A model generated the notes under the pieces. That model was given only the letters and a program-made list of their open reading frames with translations, did no database searches and was not told the origin of the DNA. A DNA stretch of 63,712 nt, counting the filler. It is 7 parts of 7 records of this genome, joined end to end, with 100 filler letters (N's around TTAATTAATTAA, not from the genome) between each part and the next. Parts side by side here need not be neighbours in the genome. Positions count along the whole stretch, not along the records: positions 1 to 18,704 come from SRR20825010_1586; 6 more parts are not named here. The stretch is one strand, 5' to 3'. Of this stretch, positions 10,147 through 18,704 are shown piece after piece (position 1 is the stretch's first letter; the number at the start of each line of letters is the position of its first letter). The position numbers and the translations under genes are program-made.

Positions 10147-10788
10147 TTACTTCACCTTATCTTGAAGCATTGGTACAAAACTGAACACTCCCAAATCGTC
10201 TTCGAGAAATCCATTTTCGGTTTTAACAATTAGTTTCATCATTTGCTCGGCGCCTTCTCCCACGGGAATAATCATTAATCCACCTAATTTAAGTTGATCT
10301 ACCAAATCCATTGGAATTTCTGGCGCACCGCATGTAATAATGATTTTATCAAACGGAGCAAATGTCGGCAAGCCTTTATAACCATCTCCAAAGCTAAGTC
10401 TAGCGTTGAAATTAAAATGTCGCACCATTTCTTTTGCTTTCAAATGAAGCGGACGATGACGTTCGATACTGAACACTTTCGCTCCCATTTCGCACAAAAT
10501 GCACGTTTGAAACCCAGATCCAGAACCAATTTCAAGGATCTTCTCCCCTTTTTGGATATCCAGAAGCATTGTTTGAAATGCTACGGTATACGGGTGACTG
10601 ATCGTTTGTCCTGACCCGATTTGAAATGCCATATTCGTATACGCCTGCTCTGCAAACGCGTTGTCTAAGAAAAAGTGACGAGGAATGGAATCAAATGCAT
10701 TTAACACTCTCTCATCGGAAATTCCCTTTTCTCTAAGCTCAGAGATTAACTTTCGACGCATTCCTTTATATCTGTACGAATCTTGCAT
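10147..10788 (-). CDS. pcm: protein-L-isoaspartate O-methyltransferase
   Basis: IPRHFF, GQTISHPY, LEIGSGSGFQ, APFDKI and FVPM motifs. Confidence 0.95.
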   Translation of the reverse strand: MQDSYRYKGMRRKLISELREKGISDERVLNAFDSIPRHFFLDNAFAEQAYTNMAFQIGSGQTISHPYTVAFQTMLLDIQKGEKILEIGSGSGFQTCILCEMGAKVFSIERHRPLHLKAKEMVRHFNFNARLSFGDGYKGLPTFAPFDKIIITCGAPEIPMDLVDQLKLGGLMIIPVGEGAEQMMKLIVKTENGFLEDDLGVFSFVPMLQDKVK

Positions 10789-10926
10789 GGTGCAAATTTA
10801 ACGCTATCTGATCAACTTCTTCTGAGAGAATATAAACATTTCACTGTGGATTATCTCCGTGTATTTGTGCTTCACGCCGTTCATCAAGAAATCGCGAATC
10901 GTGTTAAAGTCACAAAACAGAATGTG

Positions 10927-10934
10927 TATATTTG
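10927..10934 (+). promoter_or_regulatory. Bacteroidota -7 promoter box
   Basis: TATATTTG about 22 nt upstream of ATG 10957; a divergent copy (TAAATTTG, minus strand 10793-10800) precedes pcm. Confidence 0.5.
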
Positions 10935-10956
10935 AGCCACTTAAGAAAATTGAACT

Positions 10957-12600
10957 ATGGCTATTTCTCCGAAGGAACTAGAATTTAATAAGAATGACGA
11001 TGAAATGCGCCTCAAGATTTCTGCACTTGAGCGCGAATTGGGAAAGATCTATGAGGGCGGTGGAAAAAAACGCATCGAAAAACTTCATAGTCAAGGTAAG
11101 TTAACTGCAAGAGAGCGCATTGACTTATTATTGGATCCAGACGCTGAAAGAATTGAAATTGGCGCGATAGCTGGTTACGGAATGTATAAAGAGCACGGCG
11201 GATGTCCATCTGGAGGCGTTGTTGTTGTGATTGGATATGTAAGCGGGAAGCAATGTATTGTTGTTGCGAATGATGCTACAGTAAAAGCTGGTGCATGGTT
11301 TCCAATCACAGGAAAAAAGAACCTTCGAGCTCAAGAGATTGCGATGGAGAATCGTTTACCGATTATCTATTTGGTAGATTCTGCGGGAGTATTCCTTCCG
11401 ATGCAAGATGAAATTTTCCCTGACAAAGAGCACTTCGGGAGAATTTTCCGAAACAATGCTGTAATGAGTTCTATGGGAATTGTTCAAATAGCTGCCGTTA
11501 TGGGAAGTTGTGTCGCAGGTGGCGCGTACTTACCTATCATGTCTGACGAATCCTTAATTGTAAATAAAACTGGAACTATTTTCCTTGCAGGTTCTTACCT
11601 CGTTAAGGCAGCCATTGGTGAATCGATTGATAATGAGACATTGGGTGGAGCGACAACGCACACTGAAATTTCTGGCGTATGCGATTACAACGTAGAGACA
11701 GATGAGGAATGTTTGTCTACGATTCGCGATTTAATGGATAAAATCGGTCAACCTGAAAATGCAGGATTTGATAGAAAAGAATCGGCTCCTCCGAAAGAAA
11801 ATGAGCGCGATATTTATGGAATCCTTCCTGCAGATCGTTCGAAACCGTACAATGTCCGCGATATTATCAACTGCCTAGTAGATGATTCTAAATTTACGGA
11901 GTACAAAGAAAATTATGGTCAATCCATCGTGTGCGGATATGCACGTGTAGATGGTTGGAGCGTTGGAATTGTAGCGAATCAGCGAGAGATTGTGAAAAAC
12001 GCAAAAGGCGAAATGCAATTTGGCGGAGTGATCTATTCTGATTCAGCGGACAAATCTGCGCGATTTATAATGAATTGTAATCAAAAGAACATTCCCCTCG
12101 TATTTATTCAGGATGTTACTGGATTTATGGTGGGATCGAAAAGTGAACACGGTGGAATCATCAAAGACGGTGCGAAAATGGTGAGTGCCATGGCGAATTC
12201 TGTCGTTCCTAAGTTCACGATCATCACAGGAAATTCATACGGAGCTGGAAACTACGCGATGTGCGGAAAGGCTTACGATCCACGTTTAATCGTTGCATGG
12301 CCAACTGCTGAACTTGCTGTAATGAGCGGTGCAGCTGCGGCAAAAGTATTGTTGCAAATTGAAGTAGCATCGTTGAAATCGAAAGGAGAAGAAATTACTC
12401 CTGAACGCGAGAAAGAACTCTTTGATACAATTAAAAACAGGTACGACGAACAAATTTCGCCTTATTATGCGGCAAGTAGATTATGGGTCGATGCAATCAT
12501 TAATCCACTAGAAACGCGAAAAGTGATCTCTATGGGAATTGAGATGGCGAGTCATAAAAAGGCAGAGAAACCATATAACGTTGGTGTTATTCAAACATGA
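10957..12600 (+). CDS. acyl-CoA carboxylase carboxyltransferase subunit (methylcrotonyl-CoA carboxylase beta-like)
   Basis: GKLTARERI, ANDATVKAG, GSCVAGGAY and SYGAGNYAMCG motifs. Confidence 0.92.
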   Translation: MAISPKELEFNKNDDEMRLKISALERELGKIYEGGGKKRIEKLHSQGKLTARERIDLLLDPDAERIEIGAIAGYGMYKEHGGCPSGGVVVVIGYVSGKQCIVVANDATVKAGAWFPITGKKNLRAQEIAMENRLPIIYLVDSAGVFLPMQDEIFPDKEHFGRIFRNNAVMSSMGIVQIAAVMGSCVAGGAYLPIMSDESLIVNKTGTIFLAGSYLVKAAIGESIDNETLGGATTHTEISGVCDYNVETDEECLSTIRDLMDKIGQPENAGFDRKESAPPKENERDIYGILPADRSKPYNVRDIINCLVDDSKFTEYKENYGQSIVCGYARVDGWSVGIVANQREIVKNAKGEMQFGGVIYSDSADKSARFIMNCNQKNIPLVFIQDVTGFMVGSKSEHGGIIKDGAKMVSAMANSVVPKFTIITGNSYGAGNYAMCGKAYDPRLIVAWPTAELAVMSGAAAAKVLLQIEVASLKSKGEEITPEREKELFDTIKNRYDEQISPYYAASRLWVDAIINPLETRKVISMGIEMASHKKAEKPYNVGVIQT

Positions 12601-12604
12601 GAAT

Positions 12605-13066
12605 ATGATTTTAGATTGGCAAATAAAACACTATCGCGATTTAACGCTGAATGAATTTCATGACATTATAGCGTTGAGATTAAACGCATTTGTCGTAGAA
12701 CAAAACTGTCCGTATTTAGATTTGGATGGAAAGGACAAAAAAGCGTACCATATCATCTGTAGAGATGGTAAAGGTGATATCGTAGCAACAGCAAGGATTC
12801 TTCCTCCAGGAATCGCCTATTCAAATGTGGCAGTTGGAAGAGTTGTTACCAGCGAAGGGATTCGTGGACACGGCGTTGGACATGAGTTAATGGAAAAAGC
12901 AATGGATTTTTGTCTCCTCGAATTCGGGAACGAGCCAATTCGCATTTCGGCACAGAAACATTTGGAAAACTATTACGGCAAGCATAAATTTTTAACGACA
13001 GGAAAAGAGTACTTGGAAGATGGAATTCCACACGTAGAAATGCTCTTTGAACCAAAAAACAACTAA
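12605..13066 (+). CDS. ElaA-like GNAT acetyltransferase
   Basis: FVVEQNCPYLDLDGKD, GRVV and YLEDGIPH motifs; start moved to in-frame ATG 12605. Confidence 0.88.
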   Translation: MILDWQIKHYRDLTLNEFHDIIALRLNAFVVEQNCPYLDLDGKDKKAYHIICRDGKGDIVATARILPPGIAYSNVAVGRVVTSEGIRGHGVGHELMEKAMDFCLLEFGNEPIRISAQKHLENYYGKHKFLTTGKEYLEDGIPHVEMLFEPKNN

Positions 13067-13068
13067 AC

Positions 13069-15144
13069 ATGAAATATACTTTATTAACATTCGCGGCGCT
13101 TAGTCTCGTAGCATGCGACTCAATTAAGAAAGGATCGCAAGAAACAGTTGCTGAAGCTGTGGAAACTGCAACTCCTAAGCCACCGCGCGAAGGTGCGTCG
13201 ATAGATCTTGGTTACATGAACAATGCTGTTCGTCCACAAGATGACTTCTTTGAGTTCGCAAACGGAACTTGGATGAAAAGTAATCCAGTGCCTGCTTCTG
13301 AATCACGTTGGGGAAGTTTCAACGAATTGGATCAATCCAACAAAACGAAACTCACGACTATTTTAGAGGCCGCAAAAGCCAACCAAGGACAAAAAGGTTC
13401 TATGAATCAAATTCTTGGTTCGTATTATTCTTCGTACACAAACATGGAAGTCCGTGAGAAATTTGGTTTTTCTCCGATCGCTGAGGAATTAGAAATTATC
13501 CGTAAAGCGAATTCAAAGAAAGACCTTTTCATGATCGTTTCTGATCACCATGTATATGGAATTGGTTCTCTTTTCGGTTTTGGAGTTGGACAAGATTTGA
13601 AGGATGTTGATAATCACATTTCTTACTTCGGTCAAGGTGGAATTGGCTTGCCAAATAGAGATTATTATTTCTCCGAAGACAAAGCAGAAATCCTGAGAGA
13701 ATACAAAAGACATATCTCAATCATGATTGGTATGACTGATATGGAAGAAGGTACAACGGTGGATGAATTCGCGACTTCTGTTATCAACTTTGAAAAACAA
13801 CTTGCGGAAAGCATGATGCGTCCTGCGGAATTAAGAAGCCCAGAGAAAACGTACAATAAAATGCACCGTAATGAATTAGCATCTTATTTGGGAGGTTTTA
13901 ATTTCGATGGATATTTGAAAGGAATTGGAAGCATGGCTTTCGACTCAGTAATTGTGGCTCAGCCAGATTTCGCGAAGAAAATTGCCGTGATGATGAACGA
14001 CGTATCATTAAGCGATTGGAAAAACTACCTTAAATGGCAAGTATTGAATCACTACGCAGGAAGTTTGAGTTCGTCTTTTGTAGACCAAAATTTCGAATTC
14101 TACGGAAAAGTATTGAGTGGAAAGAAAGAAATGAAGCCTATCAATGAGCGTGCAATCGATAATATTACTGGAAAATCATTTGGTGAATTACTCGGGAAAG
14201 CATTTGTTGAAAAGCACTACTCTAGTCAAGCACAGCAACGTGTAAACGAAATGGTTGACAATCTATTGGCTGTTTTCCAAGAGCGAATTGATGCTTTGGA
14301 CTGGATGTCTGGTGAAACAAAAACAGAAGCTTCGGTGAAACTTAATTCTATCGGAAGAAAACTCGGTTTCCCTAGTAAATGGGAAGATTTTAGTTCATTG
14401 GATTTCTCGAATGAAAGATATGTTCAGAATCTTAAAAATGTGGCCGCTTATGATCACAAAAAGAACATGAAGGAGTTGAACAAGCCTGTTGACAAAGAAG
14501 AATGGGGAATGCCAGCTCACATGGTGAACGCTTATTATCATCCATTATTGAATGAAATTGCTTTTCCAGCTGGAATTATGCAAGCTCCTTTCTTTAGTGA
14601 TTCGTATGAAGACGCTGTGAATTACGGTCGTATTGGAATGGTGATCGGACACGAATTTACGCATGGTTTTGACGATATGGGATCGAAATTTGCTGCCGAT
14701 GGATCATTTAGAAACTGGTGGACAGAAAGCGATCGTAAATTGTTTGAAGAGCGCACTGGAAAATTAGGAATGACGTTCGCAGGATTTTGTCCAATTGACG
14801 GTCACTGTGTAAATCCAGACTTAACGATGGGTGAAAACATCGCCGATCTCGGTGGATTAACAATGGCTTACTATGCTTACACTCGCACGAGTGAGTTCCA
14901 AGCAGGAGTGAAAAAATTGGGATATACTCCAGCGCAACGTTTCTTTATAGCCTACGCACAATTGTGGAAAATCAATTATACAGAAGAAGAATTGAAAAAC
15001 CGCATTGCGAATGATCCGCACTCACCTGGTATGTACCGTGTGAATGGACCTTTGATGAACTGCCCAGAATTTTTCGAAGCGTTCGACGTAAAAGAAGCGG
15101 ATCCGATGAGAAATTCAGAAGAAGAAATCAGTAAGATCTGGTAG
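13069..15144 (+). CDS. M13 (neprilysin/PepO-like) metallopeptidase, lipoprotein
   Basis: Lipobox LVAC; PQDDFF..ANG, VNAYY, HEFTH, GENIAD and DPHSP motifs. Confidence 0.95.
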   Translation: MKYTLLTFAALSLVACDSIKKGSQETVAEAVETATPKPPREGASIDLGYMNNAVRPQDDFFEFANGTWMKSNPVPASESRWGSFNELDQSNKTKLTTILEAAKANQGQKGSMNQILGSYYSSYTNMEVREKFGFSPIAEELEIIRKANSKKDLFMIVSDHHVYGIGSLFGFGVGQDLKDVDNHISYFGQGGIGLPNRDYYFSEDKAEILREYKRHISIMIGMTDMEEGTTVDEFATSVINFEKQLAESMMRPAELRSPEKTYNKMHRNELASYLGGFNFDGYLKGIGSMAFDSVIVAQPDFAKKIAVMMNDVSLSDWKNYLKWQVLNHYAGSLSSSFVDQNFEFYGKVLSGKKEMKPINERAIDNITGKSFGELLGKAFVEKHYSSQAQQRVNEMVDNLLAVFQERIDALDWMSGETKTEASVKLNSIGRKLGFPSKWEDFSSLDFSNERYVQNLKNVAAYDHKKNMKELNKPVDKEEWGMPAHMVNAYYHPLLNEIAFPAGIMQAPFFSDSYEDAVNYGRIGMVIGHEFTHGFDDMGSKFAADGSFRNWWTESDRKLFEERTGKLGMTFAGFCPIDGHCVNPDLTMGENIADLGGLTMAYYAYTRTSEFQAGVKKLGYTPAQRFFIAYAQLWKINYTEEELKNRIANDPHSPGMYRVNGPLMNCPEFFEAFDVKEADPMRNSEEEISKIW

Positions 15145-15170
15145 AACTCGTTCTGCAAGAAATAGAATTG

Positions 15171-15200
15171 AAAGCCATCTCATTGCGAGGTGGCTTTTTT
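15171..15200 (+). terminator. intrinsic terminator of the M13 peptidase gene
   Basis: AAAGCCATCTC / GAGGTGGCTTT hairpin followed by a T-tract. Confidence 0.8.
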
Positions 15201-15392
15201 GTTTTCAGGGAATGAAGGGGATTTGGTGTGTGAAAGGTAGATTCAAAAAAAGTAGATCAAAATGCCCTACTCTGCCGAAAAAAAGTAATTTAGGAGAGAT
15301 AATCTAACTGAAATCAAGTACTTGTAAGCATTTGTTTGTCGGATTAGTTCTTTGCCAGTCAGGTTTTGGCTGAGATTTGGCGGAGAGGATTT

Positions 15393-15437
15393 ATAAGTTG
15401 GCTAAACGCCATGGAGTTTAGCCAGTAGTTATGAGCA
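15393..15437 (+). mobile_element. attI-like (or minimal attC-like) recombination site at the head of the cassette array
   Basis: Palindrome TGGCTAAAC-GCCATGGA-GTTTAGCCA (15399-15424) followed by GTTATGAGCA (15428-15437), the reverse complement of 17768-17777. Confidence 0.55.
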
Positions 15438-15508
15438 ATATGCAATTGGCTCGGTGGAACATTAGAAAACATGCAGAGAGCACGCAGAATGCATAGGAAG
15501 TTGAATAC

Positions 15509-17734
15509 ATGAATAAAAAACAAATAGATATTTCATATTTATTGACCGGTCCAGAATCCATAGTTTCTCCGCCGGCGGACACGAGAATTAGCGAATTGCC
15601 AATCAATAAATTATCTTGGGTTGATTTCGAAAGGCTTTGTTTAAGGTTAGTTGAGGAAGAGCATTCAATTGAGAAATGCGAAATTTATGGTGTTTCCGGC
15701 AGTAAGCAAGAGGGTATCGATATTTTCGCATTCAAAAATACCGATAAATATGAGTGTTTTCAGTGCAAGAGATATCAAGCCATTTCACCTGGTCAACTTG
15801 ACGAAATTGTACATGACTTCAAGAAAGGTAACTGGTGTTCAAAAAGTGATAAATTTTATTTGTGCACAAGTCTCAAGTTAAATTCAACAAGTCTGCAGGA
15901 TAAATTCAATTCGCTAAGGTCTGATCTAAAAAAGATCGGCATTGACTTTGTTAAATGGGATAGCGTCCAGATTAACAGAATTCTGAAAAAGCATCCCACA
16001 ATAGTACGTAATTATTTCGGGGATGTCTGGTGCAAATTGTTTTGTGGTGAGTCTCATGAAGACCCTAATACATTGATAATAGACCAATTCAGAAATGAAT
16101 TAGCTGAAATAAAACAACTACTAATTGGAGGACAAGACAGTAATAAACTGAATTCAATCATCCAAAAGGCCTATGATAAAGAACACTATTGGGTTGAATC
16201 TGAAATGGTGTTCGCGTTCAATCAAGCACTTGAACAATACAATGCGACTATCGTTGATAAGAGAGATAAATTTTCTTCTACTCAAAGAATTATCCAGTCA
16301 ATTTTTAATCTGTCAGAGTTAAATGAAATCGTTGACGACTGGGTTAAAGATTCATTTTCACCGGAAAACCTTGATCATATACGTTTTATTCAAAGTGGAT
16401 TATTCGCATTTAGCTGCTTAGAGAAAATTCCAAAGGATATATTAAAGGATTTAAAGCTATTGAATTGGTGTCCAATTCATCATGGTTATTTCTCAGGTCA
16501 TCTTGCTAGTTTTATTGCTGAGATTAAGTTATCAATGGATTTGAAATTGGATTTAGTCGAAACATATCGCTCAGATCGATATCTATTCGAAAACCTTACG
16601 CGAATAATTAGTTCAGTGAAGAGATTTTTAGAATACGATGTAAACGAACTTTACGTTGAAAAACCAACGGCCTCTATTGTTAGAAATTTACCTAGAAATT
16701 TTGTTCTAATCATAACTTCCACTGACCTAAGCCTTCGAAACCCAAAAAAAATAGATCAGATATATGCAAAGTTACCATTAGATAGACAATTAAGAGTATC
16801 TAGCGTCGAGGTTGTTAGAACTTTGAATTCAACCCTTATAGTTGGTATCAACGCTCGAGATTGTTTTTATTGGAATCCAGAGCAAGATTTAACAGCCAAT
16901 TTCTTTTATCATGCACCAGAAAATGAGAGAATTGATGACATTTTTTGCAAAATTGAAGACGATGGGTCAATTCAAACGATAGTTCAGATTGAAGAAAAAA
17001 TAATGGTGTTTAATGAATTCCGTCATTTAAAGAATTATTATTTAGATTTCTATCTCAAGTTGACTCCCTTTAATTTGGGGTTTGTTGGGATCGGAAATAA
17101 TTACCTCAATAGTACTGGAGAATTAGTATATCAAATTTCTGACGATTTTCAAATTAATCCAATAATAACAATTGAATCAATTAGATCGAGTATTTGGGAC
17201 TTCAAAGAAATTAATGAATGGCTGAAATCATTCGAACTAAGTAAAGAAGCCTCATTTCTTTTTAATTTGCAGAACATCAAACTTCAAAGAATTGATCACA
17301 ACGGTGAAGAGTTGATCTTACTACGTGGATCTACCAATGGTACTGGAGCTTTCCTTCTTATTCGTTTAGGAAAAGTCGAATATGAGATTTTGAATATTCA
17401 TCATCTAAAGGAATCAATTTCGATCGCAATAGATTACATCGAAAAGGGAGCTGATTTAGAACTTTACTGCGCGTATCTTGATTTAAATAGAAGAGATAGT
17501 GTATTTGAACATATTAAAATTAAAAACCACAGAACTTTTGCGTCTAAAACACTAACTAGAGAACGAAAGGACAATGATTGCCGAGATATTGTAGATATTT
17601 CGGTAGGCAAAAATGGATTTATATATCTCAATGAAATGGAAGAAAAAATTCTTGTATTCTCACTGCACAATGAAGAATTTGAAGAATATGATTTTAAAAG
17701 AGAACGAGTTCACTTCATGAAGTATTACAGTTAG
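15509..17734 (+). CDS. cassette 1: N-terminal Mrr-like PD-(D/E)xK nuclease domain fused to an unknown, probably beta-rich C-terminal region
   Basis: FERLC...YG..G..QEGIDI...FQCKRY...WD motif; no Walker A motif seen; C-terminal half made of short hydrophobic strands. Confidence 0.7.
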   Translation: MNKKQIDISYLLTGPESIVSPPADTRISELPINKLSWVDFERLCLRLVEEEHSIEKCEIYGVSGSKQEGIDIFAFKNTDKYECFQCKRYQAISPGQLDEIVHDFKKGNWCSKSDKFYLCTSLKLNSTSLQDKFNSLRSDLKKIGIDFVKWDSVQINRILKKHPTIVRNYFGDVWCKLFCGESHEDPNTLIIDQFRNELAEIKQLLIGGQDSNKLNSIIQKAYDKEHYWVESEMVFAFNQALEQYNATIVDKRDKFSSTQRIIQSIFNLSELNEIVDDWVKDSFSPENLDHIRFIQSGLFAFSCLEKIPKDILKDLKLLNWCPIHHGYFSGHLASFIAEIKLSMDLKLDLVETYRSDRYLFENLTRIISSVKRFLEYDVNELYVEKPTASIVRNLPRNFVLIITSTDLSLRNPKKIDQIYAKLPLDRQLRVSSVEVVRTLNSTLIVGINARDCFYWNPEQDLTANFFYHAPENERIDDIFCKIEDDGSIQTIVQIEEKIMVFNEFRHLKNYYLDFYLKLTPFNLGFVGIGNNYLNSTGELVYQISDDFQINPIITIESIRSSIWDFKEINEWLKSFELSKEASFLFNLQNIKLQRIDHNGEELILLRGSTNGTGAFLLIRLGKVEYEILNIHHLKESISIAIDYIEKGADLELYCAYLDLNRRDSVFEHIKIKNHRTFASKTLTRERKDNDCRDIVDISVGKNGFIYLNEMEEKILVFSLHNEEFEEYDFKRERVHFMKYYS

Positions 17735-17767
17735 TAGAGCAATCAAATTACGAAATATTATAAATCA

Positions 17768-17845
17768 TGCTCATAACACTAGCTAAGAAAACATAGCCGC
17801 CCCTGCGGGGACGGCAACGTTTCTTAGCTTTGTCCGTTATGTGCA
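17768..17845 (+). mobile_element. attC-like site 1 (imperfect hairpin)
   Basis: TGCTCATAAC-act-AGCTAAGAAA...GCCG-CCCC-tgc-GGGG-a-CGGC...TTTCTTAGCT-ttgtcc-GTTATGTGCA. Confidence 0.75.
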
Positions 17846-17883
17846 ACTGACCATTACTCAAAAACCATAGATTGTAAACCATT

Positions 17884-18216
17884 ATGGATAATCAGCAAGC
17901 AAAATTGAAATATTTGGATGAAAAAGTCTTTTACAATTTGAATAATCTTAACGATGGATTTGATGCCGATTCAATTAAGTATTTTAATGCTGAAGAGTTT
18001 GAAATTGTGTTGACCCGTATAACCGAGCTTAATCTCGGTGTATACGGGATTGAACCATGGTTAAATGGTGAGTTCTATAACGTGTTAACTTGTGAGGATT
18101 ATAATAAAAAGCCTACTGATCCAGAATGGTACATTACTGCATTTAATCAATTCAAGTCTTCGAACCCAAAATTGCAATTCTCGGCATCATATTATATTCC
18201 ATCTACTAAATTTTAG
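17884..18216 (+). CDS. cassette 2 ORF A, hypothetical protein
   Basis: 110-aa ORF starting 48 nt after the GTT box; no family recognised. Confidence 0.7.
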   Translation: MDNQQAKLKYLDEKVFYNLNNLNDGFDADSIKYFNAEEFEIVLTRITELNLGVYGIEPWLNGEFYNVLTCEDYNKKPTDPEWYITAFNQFKSSNPKLQFSASYYIPSTKF

Positions 18217-18218
18217 TT

Positions 18219-18527
18219 ATGCAGAAACTCTGGTGCTGGAGATGTAAAATGGAAATTCCTATGCTTGACAAGGACGAGTTTGCCATTGCAAGTAAATTAT
18301 ATGGAGATGCGTTTAAGAAAACTGGAATACCACTTAAAGATCGGTTCAAACCACTACTCGAATACTACGAATCCGTGACTGGTTTCAAAGAGACTGTCCC
18401 CAATGCAGTAATGCACCACTGTATAGATCATCATGGACCTCCCTGTGAAAAATGTGGTAAACCATATCGCACTCCGCAGGCATCATTTTGTGCAGCTTGC
18501 GGAAATAAACGTGAAGGAAGCACATAA
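18219..18527 (+). CDS. cassette 2 ORF B, small Cys-rich (zinc-ribbon-like) protein
   Basis: Three CxxC pairs (CWRC, CEKC, CAAC); its TAA stop lies inside the CATAAC box of site 2. Confidence 0.75.
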   Translation: MQKLWCWRCKMEIPMLDKDEFAIASKLYGDAFKKTGIPLKDRFKPLLEYYESVTGFKETVPNAVMHHCIDHHGPPCEKCGKPYRTPQASFCAACGNKREGST

Positions 18528-18652
18528 CAAAGGCTTAAAAAGCATACGGGTTTATGCTTCGGACAATCAATTTTGGTTTGAAAACTATTCCTATCTTTAA
18601 AATAAAACCTTGGTAAAGAGTCCGTACGACTTTCTAGCCTCGGTCGTTATTA
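18520..18652 (+). mobile_element. attC-like site 2 (imperfect hairpin with long loop)
   Basis: GCACATAAC-aa-AGGCTTAAAAAGCATACGG...CCGTACGACTTTCTAGCCT-cggtc-GTTATTA. Confidence 0.72.
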
Positions 18653-18654
18653 CA

Positions 18655-18704
18655 ATGATAATCACTACCAAGCGGAATAAGATGTATTTAAAAATAGGAC
18701 TTGT
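18655..18704 (+). CDS. probable start of a cassette 3 ORF, cut by the contig end
   Basis: In-frame ATGs at 18655 and 18682 (MIITTKRNKMYLKIGL...), open to the gap. Confidence 0.35.

Noticed and set aside
15393-18704. Hairpins read as CRISPR repeats, REP elements or terminators
   Set aside because: They are not identical, are separated by whole genes and lack a clean U-tract; the cassette-wise end complementarity is not explained by those classes
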